From assembly GCF_000143415.4 (NCBI RefSeq), contig NW_003314407.1, positions 124,001 to 188,000 of the forward strand: DNA of 64,000 nucleotides, read 5' to 3'. A program made the position numbers and the translations under genes. This document shows positions 1 through 11,860 of the stretch, in pieces; position 1 is the first letter of the stretch; each line of letters starts with the position of its first letter. The stretch is from Selaginella moellendorffii (Eukaryota; Plantae; Lycopodiophyta). The notes below the pieces were generated by a model that saw only the letters and a list, made by a program, of their open reading frames with translations, ran no database searches and had not been told where the DNA came from.

Positions 1-473
1 GTTGTGCGTTGTAGGGTCTCTTCATGACGGTAAAGCGACGATGAGAGTAACAGTTTTCTAGAAACGAAGAAATTTAATCCGCGGATACAATAAAATTCAA
101 CGATGAGAGTCATGGCCGCTCCTTTCAAGGTGGGCTTGTTCTCATCTCGAGCCGTATGTTTCTTCAAGTGCTGTTTCCGTAGAGCTAGGAAGGAATCTTC
201 TATTTCCTGTAAGGACAAAGGTGGAAAAGCTGGCAGTCTGGACAAACGGCCAGCTGAAGAGGCGAAGTGACGGACAAGTATACCATCTTTGCTAGAATCG
301 CCATGAACTAGAGGCCTCAATTCAAGAATCTCTCCGCCTCTCCATCAGAGAATGAAATGCCTGTGGGAACTCAGGAAGAAGGCGTCCTTTTCTTAGGGGG
401 GTAGCCATCTGCTGGCATAAGTATGGTATGAAGTAGCAGAAGCAAGTATCATCGAGCGCAAGCAGCAGGCTTC

Positions 474-2915
474 ATGGCTCGTCAGGAGCACAACGGATTA
501 CACCGCCACGATCAGCCGACCCTGCAAAACTTACTGGGAAGTGCGACGCCATATAGCCATGCTGGTAGTGAGTACAGCGAGAAGAACGACAAGCTCTACG
601 GCCCGGGCCTGGTATTTGAAGATCTCTTGTACAGTGTGAGCAAGAAAGTGAAGAAAGAAGGCAAGTCGGTGGTGACTTCAGTGGATTTGCTGCATAACAT
701 CTCGGGCGAGGCACTCAAAGGCCATGTCACTGCTGTTCTCGGGCCGAGTGGAGCTGGGAAGTCGACTTTCCTGGACGCTCTAGCAGGCAGGATTTGCAAA
801 GGAAGCCTGCGAGGCCGAGTGACGGTGGATGGCAGGGCAGTGAGTACAAGCATGATGAAGAGAATATCTTCATACGTGATGCAGGACGATCAGCTGTTTC
901 CCATGCTCACAGTGTACGAGACGTTTCTTTTTGCGGCTAACGTTCGGCTTCCCAGTGCGTTCACTCCGGAGGAGAAGAAAGCGCGTGTCGAAGAACTGAT
1001 CACGCAACTTGGCTTGGAGGTGAGTTGTTTAAGCTAAAAGTGTACGCTTAGACTTACATGTGATTGTTTTCTCCTGTAGCATGCAGCTGATACGTACATA
1101 GGCAACGAAGGAGTGAGGGGTGTCTCCGGCGGAGAAAGAAGGAGAGTGTCAATTGGCGTGGATATCATCCACGGGCCATCTCTCCTCTTCCTTGACGAGC
1201 CAACTTCGGGATTGGATTCCACGAGTGCATTCGTTGTGGTGGAACGTCTGAGGGACATTGCGCAGCGGGGAAGCACAGTTATTCTGACCATTCACCAGCC
1301 GTCCTACCGCATTCAGCAGTTGCTCAATCGGCTCATTGTTCTTGCGAGGTAGTCATGTTTAAACTCTAGCTAGCTCTTATTACAGCTTTGAGTGGATCTG
1401 CTTCTCAGGGGGAAACTGATCTACTTAGGAAAGCCTGATGCGCTCGAGGACCACCTTGCAGACCTTGGACGGCCTGTTCCCGACGGGGAGAATGCACTGG
1501 AGAACCTCCTGGACGTTATCAAAGAGTATGACGAGTCGGACTTGGGTTTGGAACCTCTGGTGCAGTTCCAGAGGGATGGCGTTCGACCGGATGGGCTTGG
1601 AGCAGAAGCGACGCCACTGCCATCCAAGAACAGGAACAGGAATTACTACCAAGTCGACGCCGAAGATGACAATGACTTCGACCGCTCCCTTCCAAAGAGC
1701 ATGGCCATGACTCCCTTGCACAACGATCCCAGGCTTGCGGCTCAGTTTTACAGGGAGTTCTCCGCGTGGCTGTACAACGAAGCCATTGACACGTTAAGAC
1801 GGACTCCGGCGAGGACACCGGCAAGAGCTTTACGGGTGCCAGCACTCTCTGCATGGAGGACGCCTATAGTGGCACCCGAGAAGCAACAGCGGCAGCAGCA
1901 GCAGCCAGTGGACGTTTCGGTGTCTTGCACCGTTGCTCTGGATGACCGCTTCCAGCCGTCCCACGCGCCATACTCGGATTTCAGCACCGATGACGAGGAG
2001 GAGTCGGAGGAGTGGAGGCACAAGTTTGCAAACCCATGGTCGAGAGAGCTGGTGGTTCTCATGTGGAGGAACTACAAGAACGTGTACAGGACACCCGAGC
2101 TCTTCCTCTCCCGGGAGCTGGTGATTGTGGTGATGAGCGCAATGCTGGCGACACTCTTCAAGCGGCCAAAGGACACTCTGGACGGCGTGAACGAGCTCAT
2201 GAACTTCTACATCTTCGCGGTGTGCCTGCTCTTCTTCTCCTCCAACGATGCCGTGCCCACCTTCATCCAGGAGCGATTCATCTTCATCCGGGAGGCGTCG
2301 CACAACGCGTACAGGGCCTCCTCGTACGTGATCGCCAACCTCATCGTCAACCTCCCCTTCCTGGCCATCCAGGCGCTCACGTTCGTGGTGATCACCTGGT
2401 GGACTCTCCGCCTCCACGGCAGCGTCTTCACCATCTGGCTCATCCTCTTCGCGTCGCTCATCACAACAAACTCGTTCGTCATGTTCGTCAGCGCCGTGGT
2501 TCCAAACTACATCATGGGCTACGCGGTCGTCATCGCCATCACCGCGCTCTTCTTCCTCAACTGCGGCTACTTCCTCAAGCGCTCCCAGATCCCCGGGGTG
2601 TGGCTGCCGCTGCACTACATCTCCACCATCAAGTATCCCTTCGAGGCGCTGCTCGTCAACCAGTTTGACAATGGCTACCACGCGTGCTACGCGAATGGAC
2701 CCGTGTTTGAGAAGCCGGGGCCGCTGGGCAAGGTTCACACAAGCGTAACGTCCAACTCGTCGTGCACGGTGGATGGAACCGACGTCCTCAAGACCATGGA
2801 CATGGGTGGCGCGCGAATCGGGGTGGACGTTTTGGTCCTGCTGGCCTGGGGAGTGTTCTACAGGCTGCTCTTCTACGTCATCATCAGGTTCTACTCCAAG
2901 AACCAGCGACATTAA
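474..2915 (+). CDS. STR: ABCG half-size transporter, STUNTED ARBUSCULE (STR)-type; exons 474-1019, 1080-1348, 1409-2915
   Basis: Walker [10 protein letters not shown], signature [12 protein letters not shown], Walker [14 protein letters not shown] and a C-terminal TM domain. STR-like segments include [42 protein letters not shown] and the RFYSKNQRH terminus. Two GT-AG introns of 60 bp join the three ORFs in frame. Confidence 0.9.
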
Positions 2916-3005
2916 ATCTCTTCTCTATGATATTTCGATAAAGCTCTAGCGATCATAAGATCACTAATAAGTACTAGCGCAATAAAGACTAAGTTTCGGA
3001 TCATC

Positions 3006-3062
3006 CTACGTGGCGGCTTCCTGGCGTGTGATTCGTGCTTGGCCTATCCGCGTTCTATCCAC
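3006..3062 (+). promoter_or_regulatory. Light-responsive-type promoter elements of PsaD (G-box-like TACGTGGC; CTATCC/GATA-type motifs)
   Basis: ctacgtggc near 3006-3014, and cctatcc and tctatccac further on, within ~150 bp upstream of the PsaD ATG. Confidence 0.4.
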
Positions 3063-3151
3063 ACCATCCCTGGGCTTGGAGTTGAATCCACACACACCAT
3101 CACTCGCTAGTGCTCTTGAGTTTCAAGAGCGCGATTGCTAGCACAGCAAAG

Positions 3152-3778
3152 ATGCAGGCTCTGGCAGCAATGCAGGCGTCTCCAATGTCGAGCGTGCGCT
3201 CCACCATCAGCAGCATCACCAGCAGCAGTGCTAGCAGTGGGAGCAGCAGCTTCTTCCAAGGTCAGTCCAAGATGGCTGTCTCCATGGCGGGTGCGCGAGT
3301 GAGCATGATGGCGACGGCGGACAAGGCAGCAGCACCAGCGCCGGCGGGATTCACCCCGCCAGAGCTCAAGCCCGACACTCCATCACCGATCTTCGGCGGC
3401 AGCACGGGCGGGCTGCTGCGCAAGGCACAGGTGGAGGAGTTTTATGTGATCACCTGGGAATCGGGCAAGGAGCAGATCTTCGAGATGCCCACGGGCGGCG
3501 CCGCCATCATGAGATCCGGGCCCAATCTCCTCAAGCTCGCGCGCAAGGAGCAGTGCCTGGCGCTGGGCACGCAGCTGCGCTCCAAGTTCAAGATCAACTA
3601 CCAGTTCTACAGGGTGTTTCCAAACGGCGAGGTGCAGTACTTGCATCCCAAGGACGGAGTGTACCCCGAGAAGGTGAACCCCGGGCGGAAGGGCGTGGGC
3701 GTCAATCTCAGGTCCATTGGCAAGAACTGCAACCCGGTGGATCTCAAGTTCACTGGCAAGGCCGCCTACGACGTCTAA
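3152..3778 (+). CDS. psaD: Photosystem I reaction centre subunit II (PsaD) with chloroplast transit peptide
   Basis: [25 protein letters not shown]...[10 protein letters not shown]...ARKEQCLAL...[14 protein letters not shown]. Ser/Ala-rich transit peptide; first ATG at 3152; intronless. Confidence 0.97.
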   Translation: MQALAAMQASPMSSVRSTISSITSSSASSGSSSFFQGQSKMAVSMAGARVSMMATADKAAAPAPAGFTPPELKPDTPSPIFGGSTGGLLRKAQVEEFYVITWESGKEQIFEMPTGGAAIMRSGPNLLKLARKEQCLALGTQLRSKFKINYQFYRVFPNGEVQYLHPKDGVYPEKVNPGRKGVGVNLRSIGKNCNPVDLKFTGKAAYDV

Positions 3779-4523
3779 GATCTCATTTCTAGTTCTCCGT
3801 GTAAACCATGAAACTTTAAAAGCAGTCCACTCGTCGAACATGGGCCTTGCATCTCTCACCTCTGAGTAAATGGATCTCGATCGAGCTGTGTAAATCTATC
3901 TTCTCTTCGTTCCATCTTTTCTTCATTTTTTAAGTAATGTTTATGATAACAAAGAACGCAAGTTTGAAAAGCTTGTACTGCATGTGGTGGTGTTCTCAGG
4001 TATGAAAAGTTTGTTCACCTCAGTATCTACTGCAGCTAGGTAGACCCTTCAGTCTTGCCTTTGTCCATTGCCTTTGAACCTACATATAAACATACACTTT
4101 AAATCATATTGAAAACTATATATTGATTAGTGTATGACTCTTCATAGCCTTTCATCTCTTCTTGTACAAGATTCTTGTGTAGAATCACATATATTACATA
4201 TGAAACTTTTAAAATCATGAATTACCTTTATGTTGCTAACATAGGAAATAAATGGGGAAAATCACTGCCACAAACATGGACACAAGGAAAACCATATGGT
4301 ATGTATATGTTGTAACTGAGAACGTATGTTTACAACAACCAAGAAAAAAACAACACAAAGAATGTCCTTATACAAAATCTACTACAGCAGAGCTTTTGGA
4401 AGATTTACACCTCCCTTTCCCCATTAACCTCAAAATATTAGAGACGGGGATCCCACAATTTTGTTACCTTATGGTTACTAAAAGAAATTATATTTTGAAC
4501 ATCAAAGACAGATAAACGTTTTT

Positions 4524-4665
4524 ATGAAGTAGAAGAAGCTGGGCTATGGATTAACACTCACATGTTGTTAGGCCTCAAGTGTTCATGAAAAAGGTAAAGA
4601 AGGGGTCACGTCTCAGGTCCAAAGTCTGGGGAAGAAGTTGACGAGCGTTTCATCTCCTTGATATA
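4524..4665 (+). pseudogene. Decayed, internally deleted partial copy of the CTNNBL1 exon1-end/intron1/exon2 region (source ~5658-5898)
   Basis: Collinear matching blocks: agaagaagctgggctatggattaacactca vs agaagaagctggcctacggatcagcgctca; ggcctcaag..ttcatgaaaaaggtaaa vs ggcctcaag..ttcatgggaaaggtaaa; gtctggggaagaagttgacgagcgtttcatctccttgatata vs gtctggggaagaagtggatgagcgtttgatatccttgatata. Confidence 0.8.
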
Positions 4666-4739
4666 TATACGCTAGACCTGACGTGGCAGCAGTCTTGTTT
4701 CGACGTGGCAGATTGGCTGGCAGTTTAGGGCAGCGCAGA

Positions 4740-6617
4740 ATGAAGCGCAGGAGGGAGGAGGAGAATGGAGGAGGTGAGATCGACGAGGCGCTCCTGGCGG
4801 CACTCGAGTCGTCCTCGAGCGGCGCGGGCGCAGGAGGAGGAGGTGGGGCGGCGGTGGAGCTGCTGGATGTCAAGGGCGTCAAGAAGATGGTGCTGGCGTT
4901 TGAGCGCAAGCTGCGGGACAACATCGAGGCCCGGATGAAGTACGTGGATCAGCCCGACAGGTTTGTGGAGTCGGAGGTGGATCTGGACGAGGAGCTCAAG
5001 AAGATGCACGCATTGGCAGCCAGCCCCGATTTGTATCCGGAGCTCGTCCGGCTCAAGGTAGTGGGATCCATCGTGAGCCTCCTCGGCCACGAAAACACCG
5101 ATATCTCCACCGACGTTGTCAATCTCCTCAACGAGCTCACGGACGGGGACGTGATCGGCGACAACGAGCCGGCGGGCCTCCTCGTGGACGAGCTCGTCTC
5201 CAGCAATGCGCTGGAGCTGCTCGTCCAGAACTTGTCGCGGCTGGACGAGGCCGACCCGGACGAAGCGGCCGCAGTGTTTAACTCGCTCTCCATCGTCGAG
5301 AACCTGATCGAGGTGAGGCCGGCGGTGGTGGAGCTCGTGTGCGAGAGGAGCAAGCTCCTCAAGTGGCTCCTCACCAGGATCAAGGTGAAGGAGTTTGACA
5401 GCAACAAGCTCTACGCGAGCGAGATCCTGGCTATACTGCTGCAGTCGAGCGCCGCCAACCAGCTCCGGCTGGGACAACTCAACGGTGTGGACACTTTGCT
5501 CCAGAGTGTGGCGCTCTACAAGTCGAGGGATCCCAAGAGCAGCGAGGAGGAGGAGATGCTGGAGAACCTGTACGATTGCCTGTGTAGCGTTGTGATGCAT
5601 CCGGACAACAAGGACAAGTTTGTCAAGGCCGAGGGTGTGGAGCTCATGATCATTATCATGAAGCAGAAGAAGAAGCTGGCCTACGGATCAGCGCTCAAGG
5701 CTCTCGACTTCTCACTCACCAAGTGCTCCGATGCCTGCGAGAGGTTTGTGGACGTGTTGGGCCTCAAGAGCTTGTTCCCGGCATTCATGGGAAAGGTAAA
5801 AAAGTGGCTACGATTACAAGGTAACAATTCGGTCTTGCGTTTCAGGTCCCAAAGAAGTCTGGGGAAGAAGTGGATGAGCGTTTGATATCCTTGATATACT
5901 CCTTGTTCGGTAAAACGTCTTTCATTTTGTTGCCTTTTTATAAGTTTGTGTTTTTGTTGCAGCTGGGCTGACCAAGGACGCCAGCAAGGAACGGCTGCTG
6001 AGCAAGTTCGAAGAGAATGAATACGAGAAGATCGATCGGCTCATGGAATTCTTTGTCAAGTTAGCAGCAGCAGTCATGGTGTAGATTCTTCTAACTTTAG
6101 CTCTGTTTTGCAGGTACCACAACCGGGTGAAGGCGGAGTCGAAGAAGCTAGATGCGGAGAGCTTTGAGGAGGTACTTCTCTTGTTTCTTCACTGATACTG
6201 ATTTTCCTGCGGGATCTGCAGCTGGACGAGGACGACAAGTACTTGAAAAGACTAGACGCCGGGCTTTTCACGCTGCAGGTACACGTGACTCTAGAAAACC
6301 TGACAACACTTTGTGTATTGCTTGCAGCTACTTGCGTTGATTCTCGCGCACATATGGCTCTCCAAGTACGTAGATTTTTGTTCTTCTCAACTGTTGATCT
6401 CCTTCCTTTGTTTGTAGGCTCCCGGGCGTGCAAAGTCGTATCGACCTTTTACTGAAGCAGCAGCGGCTGTCTAGAGAAGACGTCAAATCCATATTGCAGG
6501 TAGAGTCCACTGCTATTTTATGTGTCACTGACGTCTAGGCAATTACAGGAGTATCGTGACAATGTGGACGATGAAGGGGGTAAGGCTAGTGTCGAAGCCT
6601 TTATAAGTGCAATGTGA
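4740..6617 (+). CDS. CTNNBL1: Beta-catenin-like protein 1 (CTNNBL1; Prp19/MAC spliceosome-associated ARM protein); exon 1 4740-5795 plus several short 3' exons
   Basis: RMKYVDQPDRFVESEVDLDEE, LLGHENTDI, FDSNKLYASEILAILLQ, FVKAEGVELM, CERFVDVLGLKSLFPAFMGK. Downstream exons give LLSKFEENEYEKIDRLME, RLDAGLFTLQ and EYRDNVDDE...ISAM*. Confidence 0.9.
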
Positions 6618-7899
6618 TCGGGAAAAGACCCTTTTCGGGGATGACCATCTTGGACAGGGGCCATGCTCTCGACAGCATTGAAGAAGATATGATCAGCAGC
6701 TATGGAAGATAACTCTCTACTCCCTCCTTGTGTCGACCCATGATGAACTGTTTTGCGACAAATTTTTGTGTTCGCTGCTAAAGGTTTCTTTGCAATCTCA
6801 CTCGCTTCAAGTTGCAAAGCACCAGAAGTGGCGTGTGGCTTCAGATCTGGTGAGGCTCCATATTTGCCTACTGAGATTACAAAGGCTTCAATATATTATG
6901 TTTTAAATCTTGTCATGCCCAACTAAGAAGAATAAGATTGAACCCAGCACATCAAAGAGAAGAGCCTTGTGTCTAACAGGTAAAGCACGATGGTCCTCTA
7001 TCAGTGTTTGATTATGCTGCTCTTTGTTTGTGGAGTACTCAGTTTGTCGCCTTTCCAGCATCAAGTTCTACAGGGGATTGGTCCCACTTGTCTTCAATGC
7101 CTTCGGAAGTTTTGCAGGAAAAAGACTTTTGTTGTATAGACATTCTGGACTAGAGGAAGATGAATACTGGGATGTTATTCTCAAGAAGTTTGACAAGACC
7201 AGTTGCTGCAGTGAGAAGAATGCTCAGGAATGCAGATTGGACATGCATAGATGGCACATATGCAAGACAACTGCTTACAAATAATTACTTGATCAGTTAG
7301 TCTTCTTTGAGCTGATGTGAAATTTTAAGTGGGTTCAAATTAGACAAATGTGAAAATGAACTTGAGATTCCCATGGTTTCTGAATGTGTATGATTTTATT
7401 CATAGTATATTCTCTTGAATTTGCATGATTTCAGATTTAATATTAAGTTCAAAATCCAATAGGTTTTAATTTTTGTGTGTAATATACAAAAATGGATAGA
7501 GACAGTCTATGTACTAAAATTAGGGTATTTATTCTCTCCCTCTTTTTCTCTCTCTCTCTATATATGTGTGAGTATGGGATCCAAGTGTACAATTATAATC
7601 CCGTATTAGCATAATGGAGCCATTAAAATTTTCAATTCAAACCACTTATTTTTTATATAAATAGGGTTTCTTTAATGCATATTTCTATATTCAATACACT
7701 TATATAATGGAGATGAGGGGCAACTCTAATTATCTCTGTAAATTTATGATTTTAGTTTTGATTTAACTTTTACATTGTCTAAATATCTTTTATATTTATA
7801 ACTTTTCCCATTTATTCTCTTTTGTTTTTCTTCTTTTAGTTCATCTTCAAAAGAAATAAAGTGTCCTACACTAACCAAAAATACCATTTCTCTTCCTTT

Positions 7900-8170
7900 T
7901 CACCATTACATTCTTTAGGATGGGCCAACACAAGCCTCAAGGTACTCTCCCCACCTTTTGCAACTATGGTGCCCCAACCATATAAATGGGGTGAGGTTTT
8001 GATGAGATCACATTAGTCCTTTGAAATCTTTCCCTTATTATCCTATAAAGATTTATAAAACTTTTTAAAGTCTGAGAAATGATTGGTTTGGGCTTTCACC
8101 CCTTAAACTTGGACTTGGTCTCAAACTTGAACTCGGACTTAGTTTTGGTCTTAGTTTTGCTCTTGAACTC
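7900..8170 (+). repeat. Highly decayed copy of the minisatellite-bearing repeat seen at ~30.0-30.5 kb and ~31.5-32.2 kb
   Basis: ttgggctttcaccccttaaacttggacttggtctcaaacttgaactcggactt matches ttgggctttcaccctctcaggctccggactcggactc (~31597) and ttgggcttttacccc (~30120). Confidence 0.55.
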
Positions 8171-10000
8171 AACATTTATCATATACTAATCCTTCTTTTG
8201 TCCTTTTCTAAAGATTTATTTATCAACCACTTTATGTTCATTCCTTAAGCACTTCTTTGGAAGTTCTTTTCCCACTCTCAGCTTTCCATGTAAAAACTTT
8301 GGTCCAAATGTATTATGTTTGTTCAACTTTCACTTTAGCCACTATTATATGGCACACCTTTAGCTCTATTTTAGGACATAGAGATTTATATCTTATAAAG
8401 AACAAGAAAAAGAAAAAAGAAATAAAAGTAATTAAACCAACTAAACCTAAGAAATTAGAACTATTTTGCAATATAACCAAATTTTATATTAGAGCAAACT
8501 TATTAGCAAGAGAAGCTTGCTAATATAGATAGATTTGATATCATTAGTTTATCTTGCCCTAGCTGCTTAAAATGCATAAAAATAACTCTTTTGTTCCCCT
8601 TTAATCTAATTAAAAAAGGGGTAATTGTTTGATAAAAGAGCTCTTAATAGCTATTTTATCCCTATTTATCCCTTAAAATTTAAAAAATCCACAGTGATAG
8701 TATATTCAATTTTCATCCCATGATTACATATGCTACATTTGATAACCAAAGGTGTCTCATGACAAAGAAATCTTAAGAAGTCAATAGGACTTAGTAGATA
8801 AGCCTTTAAACCCCAACCCAATAACAATGCTAACAAGCACTACTGTGAATAAATAGGGATTTGGTAGAGATCAAATAAAAGATTACCAACTAACACATCC
8901 AAGTTAGATATAGATGTAACCTCTTAAATTTGGACTTCTTGATAGGTCATTCAGCTTAAAAACCCTAAATATCCCAAAACCCTTAACCCATTGGAAAAAT
9001 GAATGCATTTTTATATATGGGCTTTTTCTTTTTGTATTTGAACTCTTATCGACACAATCTTTTTGGTTACTTACAATAGAAAAAAAGTGATACAATTTAG
9101 TAGAAGCAAAACTAATATCTTAGGTGGTTGATTATATTTTTAACCACTACCTTTACTATATAATGTAGATTATTTAGTTGAAAATATAAAATGAGCTTTT
9201 ATATGGGGCAAGGGGTAGGTTATAAGAGGTTCCAAATACTTTGGTAGATTTAGGCATATTCTATAAATAATTCTATAAACAGCTTACCCTACCTATGAAC
9301 TAATTTATTTTCTGGGGCAAAAGATGCTGCAAGTGAAGGCTACAAGAGAATACAAGTTTATAGGTATATGAAATTTAAAATTTAAAGTCTTCAAATAAAT
9401 TTCATATGTTCTAATAGATGCTTATAAGAAGCTGTTGGTTTTACTTCCTTTTTCTACAGAAATGGATAAGGACTAAAGACAAACTGAGACTAGGTTTCTG
9501 AATTCACCAAAACGTACTGATACTCCAGTGAAGAACAGGTGGCATTGACATTTAGTTTTGTGTAAACCAGGAGTGTTGCACTCAATTATTGTGCTGTTTT
9601 GCAAACGGTTACATAAACAAACCTATAGGCAGTGGATATATTTAGAATATTGTTGAATATTTTAGGATATTCTACCATCTAACTGTTATTAATGTTTATA
9701 ACTCTCTTAAACACTTTCTGATATTCAATAAGATTAATCTTGTATTTATATGTTATAAACTTCCATTTGATTAATTAGATGCATGCAACGCACAGAAAAA
9801 AAAAATTATTATTATTATTCTGGTCACTCATCAATCTTTGATACTGCGTGGACCACTGCTCTTATGAACAGTTAGGTAAGAAGCTGGAACGCACTCGTGT
9901 AGATACTTTGCATACATATAATTGCATAACCGTAGTACCAGTTGGCTACCTTGGAATGATTATATGAATCTGTTAGAACAAAAATCATGAAAATGATATA

Positions 10001-11208
10001 ATGGCTGCCGGGCTTGGTGTCAATGAATTCTTTGCTCATAAGTTCTCGCAGCTTGTCTACCTTTGGGGATCCCTCGTTCTGCTTGGGGCCAATGCCAACG
10101 ATCTTCCAGTTGAGCAGCTCTTTTTGTCAGTCGCTCTGCTTGTGATTAGGTACTTTAGAATACATGTTCTTCCGAAGCCCTCTCCAGAAGACTTGTGAAG
10201 CTACAGTATCCTCGCAGTATTCGGCTTGATACTTGACGTGTTTAGTATGGCGGTGGGTTGCTCCGGCCTTGCTTTGATATCAAATGAGTTGAGTCACTGT
10301 CGTCGCCTCCCGATCTTTCTACTGGTGTTCTACTCTCTCTCCTTGCTCAAGACGTTTAGGGTTTAGGCGAGGGGTATCTTGTTTTGCACGATAGTATTCT
10401 ATCTGAGGAAACTTCACAAGCTCTACAAGCTCTTGCATGAACAGCAGGTAAGCAACGAGCAAGATGCTGAGAATCAGGAATGCAATGGTAATGGCCCAGC
10501 AACAGTGCCAGTTCATGACAAGTTCAATGTTCAGCTCCTGAATGCTGTTGCCTTCCTTGAGATTTACAGCATGCACGATGAGAAGCCCGCTTACTATGAT
10601 GCTTTGGACAAAGAACAAGTGTGCGTTCGCAACATTATGGCTTCATCAGAGGGTGGCAAGAAGCGCTGGTCCTTGCCAGCATTTAGTGGATCTTCCACTC
10701 TACTGATTCGGAAGGGGCATTCTGCACAATGTGGACTTGGACGATGTCCTTGAGTTCATCTACAAACGCTACAACGACCCTGCTACTTGGCTACAGAATC
10801 TGAAGTACCGCTGCACAAAGTATGAAGTACCTGCACACAAGATTGAGGAGAATCCTACAACTTCAATTTCTTTCACAGGTCCTTGTGGTTTCTGTGTTCG
10901 TCACTGTGAACATTCTCTTTCTTCTCCACTGGATGATGAGTATGAAGAACGTATAAGTTATGTTTCACACAACAAGCCTCTGATCAAGTGGATCTTCAAT
11001 GAGCTCCTCACCTGGGAAAGCAGCCTTGACATCCAACAGTCTGCGGTGGCACTCTTGCTTTGCATCTGCGAAAACAAGGAGGTTGCTTCCATGGTATCTC
11101 AAGCTGCTAAATTGGATGACCAATGACTCCAAGCGCTTCGAAACGCCTTGCCTCCCAGTCCGGATAACGAGCTTAACAGGCTGCTGAAAATGATCTCGCA
11201 AGGGTGAG
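10001..11208 (+). pseudogene. Pseudogene of an unrecognised protein (hydrophobic multi-TM N-terminus, helical/ARM-like C-terminus)
   Basis: ORFs 10001-10198 and 10379-10753 share a frame and are separated by in-frame stops; a frameshift leads into 10731-11126 (LDIQQSAVALLLCICENKEVASMV). The stretch is a higher-GC island in AT-rich flanks. Confidence 0.5.
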
Positions 11209-11340
11209 ACTCTGGACCTGAAGAACAAGGTCACAGAAACAAAAGAAAAGTACATGATATAGATATGTGTATACATACGTGGCTTTTCTATTTCATTGTG
11301 AGATATGCCATTAAGAAGGAAGATAAAAGAAACCATAAAT

Positions 11341-11342
<2 letters not shown>

Positions 11343-11395
<53 letters not shown>
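11343..11395. repeat. (AT)n microsatellite
   Basis: Perfect AT dinucleotide run of ~53 bp. Confidence 0.95.
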
Positions 11396-11397
<2 letters not shown>

Positions 11398-11559
11398 GCT
11401 TCTTATTAATGTCTTCCTAGTTCTAACTAGTAAATGCATAGTTTATTATATTTTTATTCTAAACCTAATTTTTAAAATGAATTTATCTATAAATAAATTA
11501 ACAGTTAAAAATGAAGTTTTAATTGAATGAGATACTATAATTAACATATTTTCTTTGCA

Positions 11560-11860
11560 GCATATGCCACACTTATATTTAAATCCTATACCACAAAATG
11601 TTTGAAGCTTGGTTGCTCAAAGAGTGTAGCCAAACTTTAAATTTAATTTAATATAAGAGGGGGATTAAAAGAAGTTTAGGAAATCTGTGAAGTGATGGAT
11701 AACACTTTGCTACTCATGTAATAAATAACTAAACTTAAGTAAAACCAAGTAAAAATTAATACAATAGATAGGAATTTTGGCAAAGGAATTTAGCTAATCT
11801 GAAGGCAAAGGTGGTTGAATAAATGAGATGAACTGGAAAATTGGAAAAGGAAAATTTATA
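11560..11860 (+). mobile_element. Decayed LTR-like fragment, inverted relative to 29400-29710
   Basis: gagtgtagcc..aggggatt..aagtaaaaccaa..ttggcaaaggaattta..aaattggaaaagg aligns with the reverse complement of 29400-29710. Confidence 0.55.

Noticed and set aside
7024-7284. 86-aa ORF downstream of CTNNBL1
   Set aside because: Non-ATG start and no recognisable motif; may be an exon scrap but cannot be supported.
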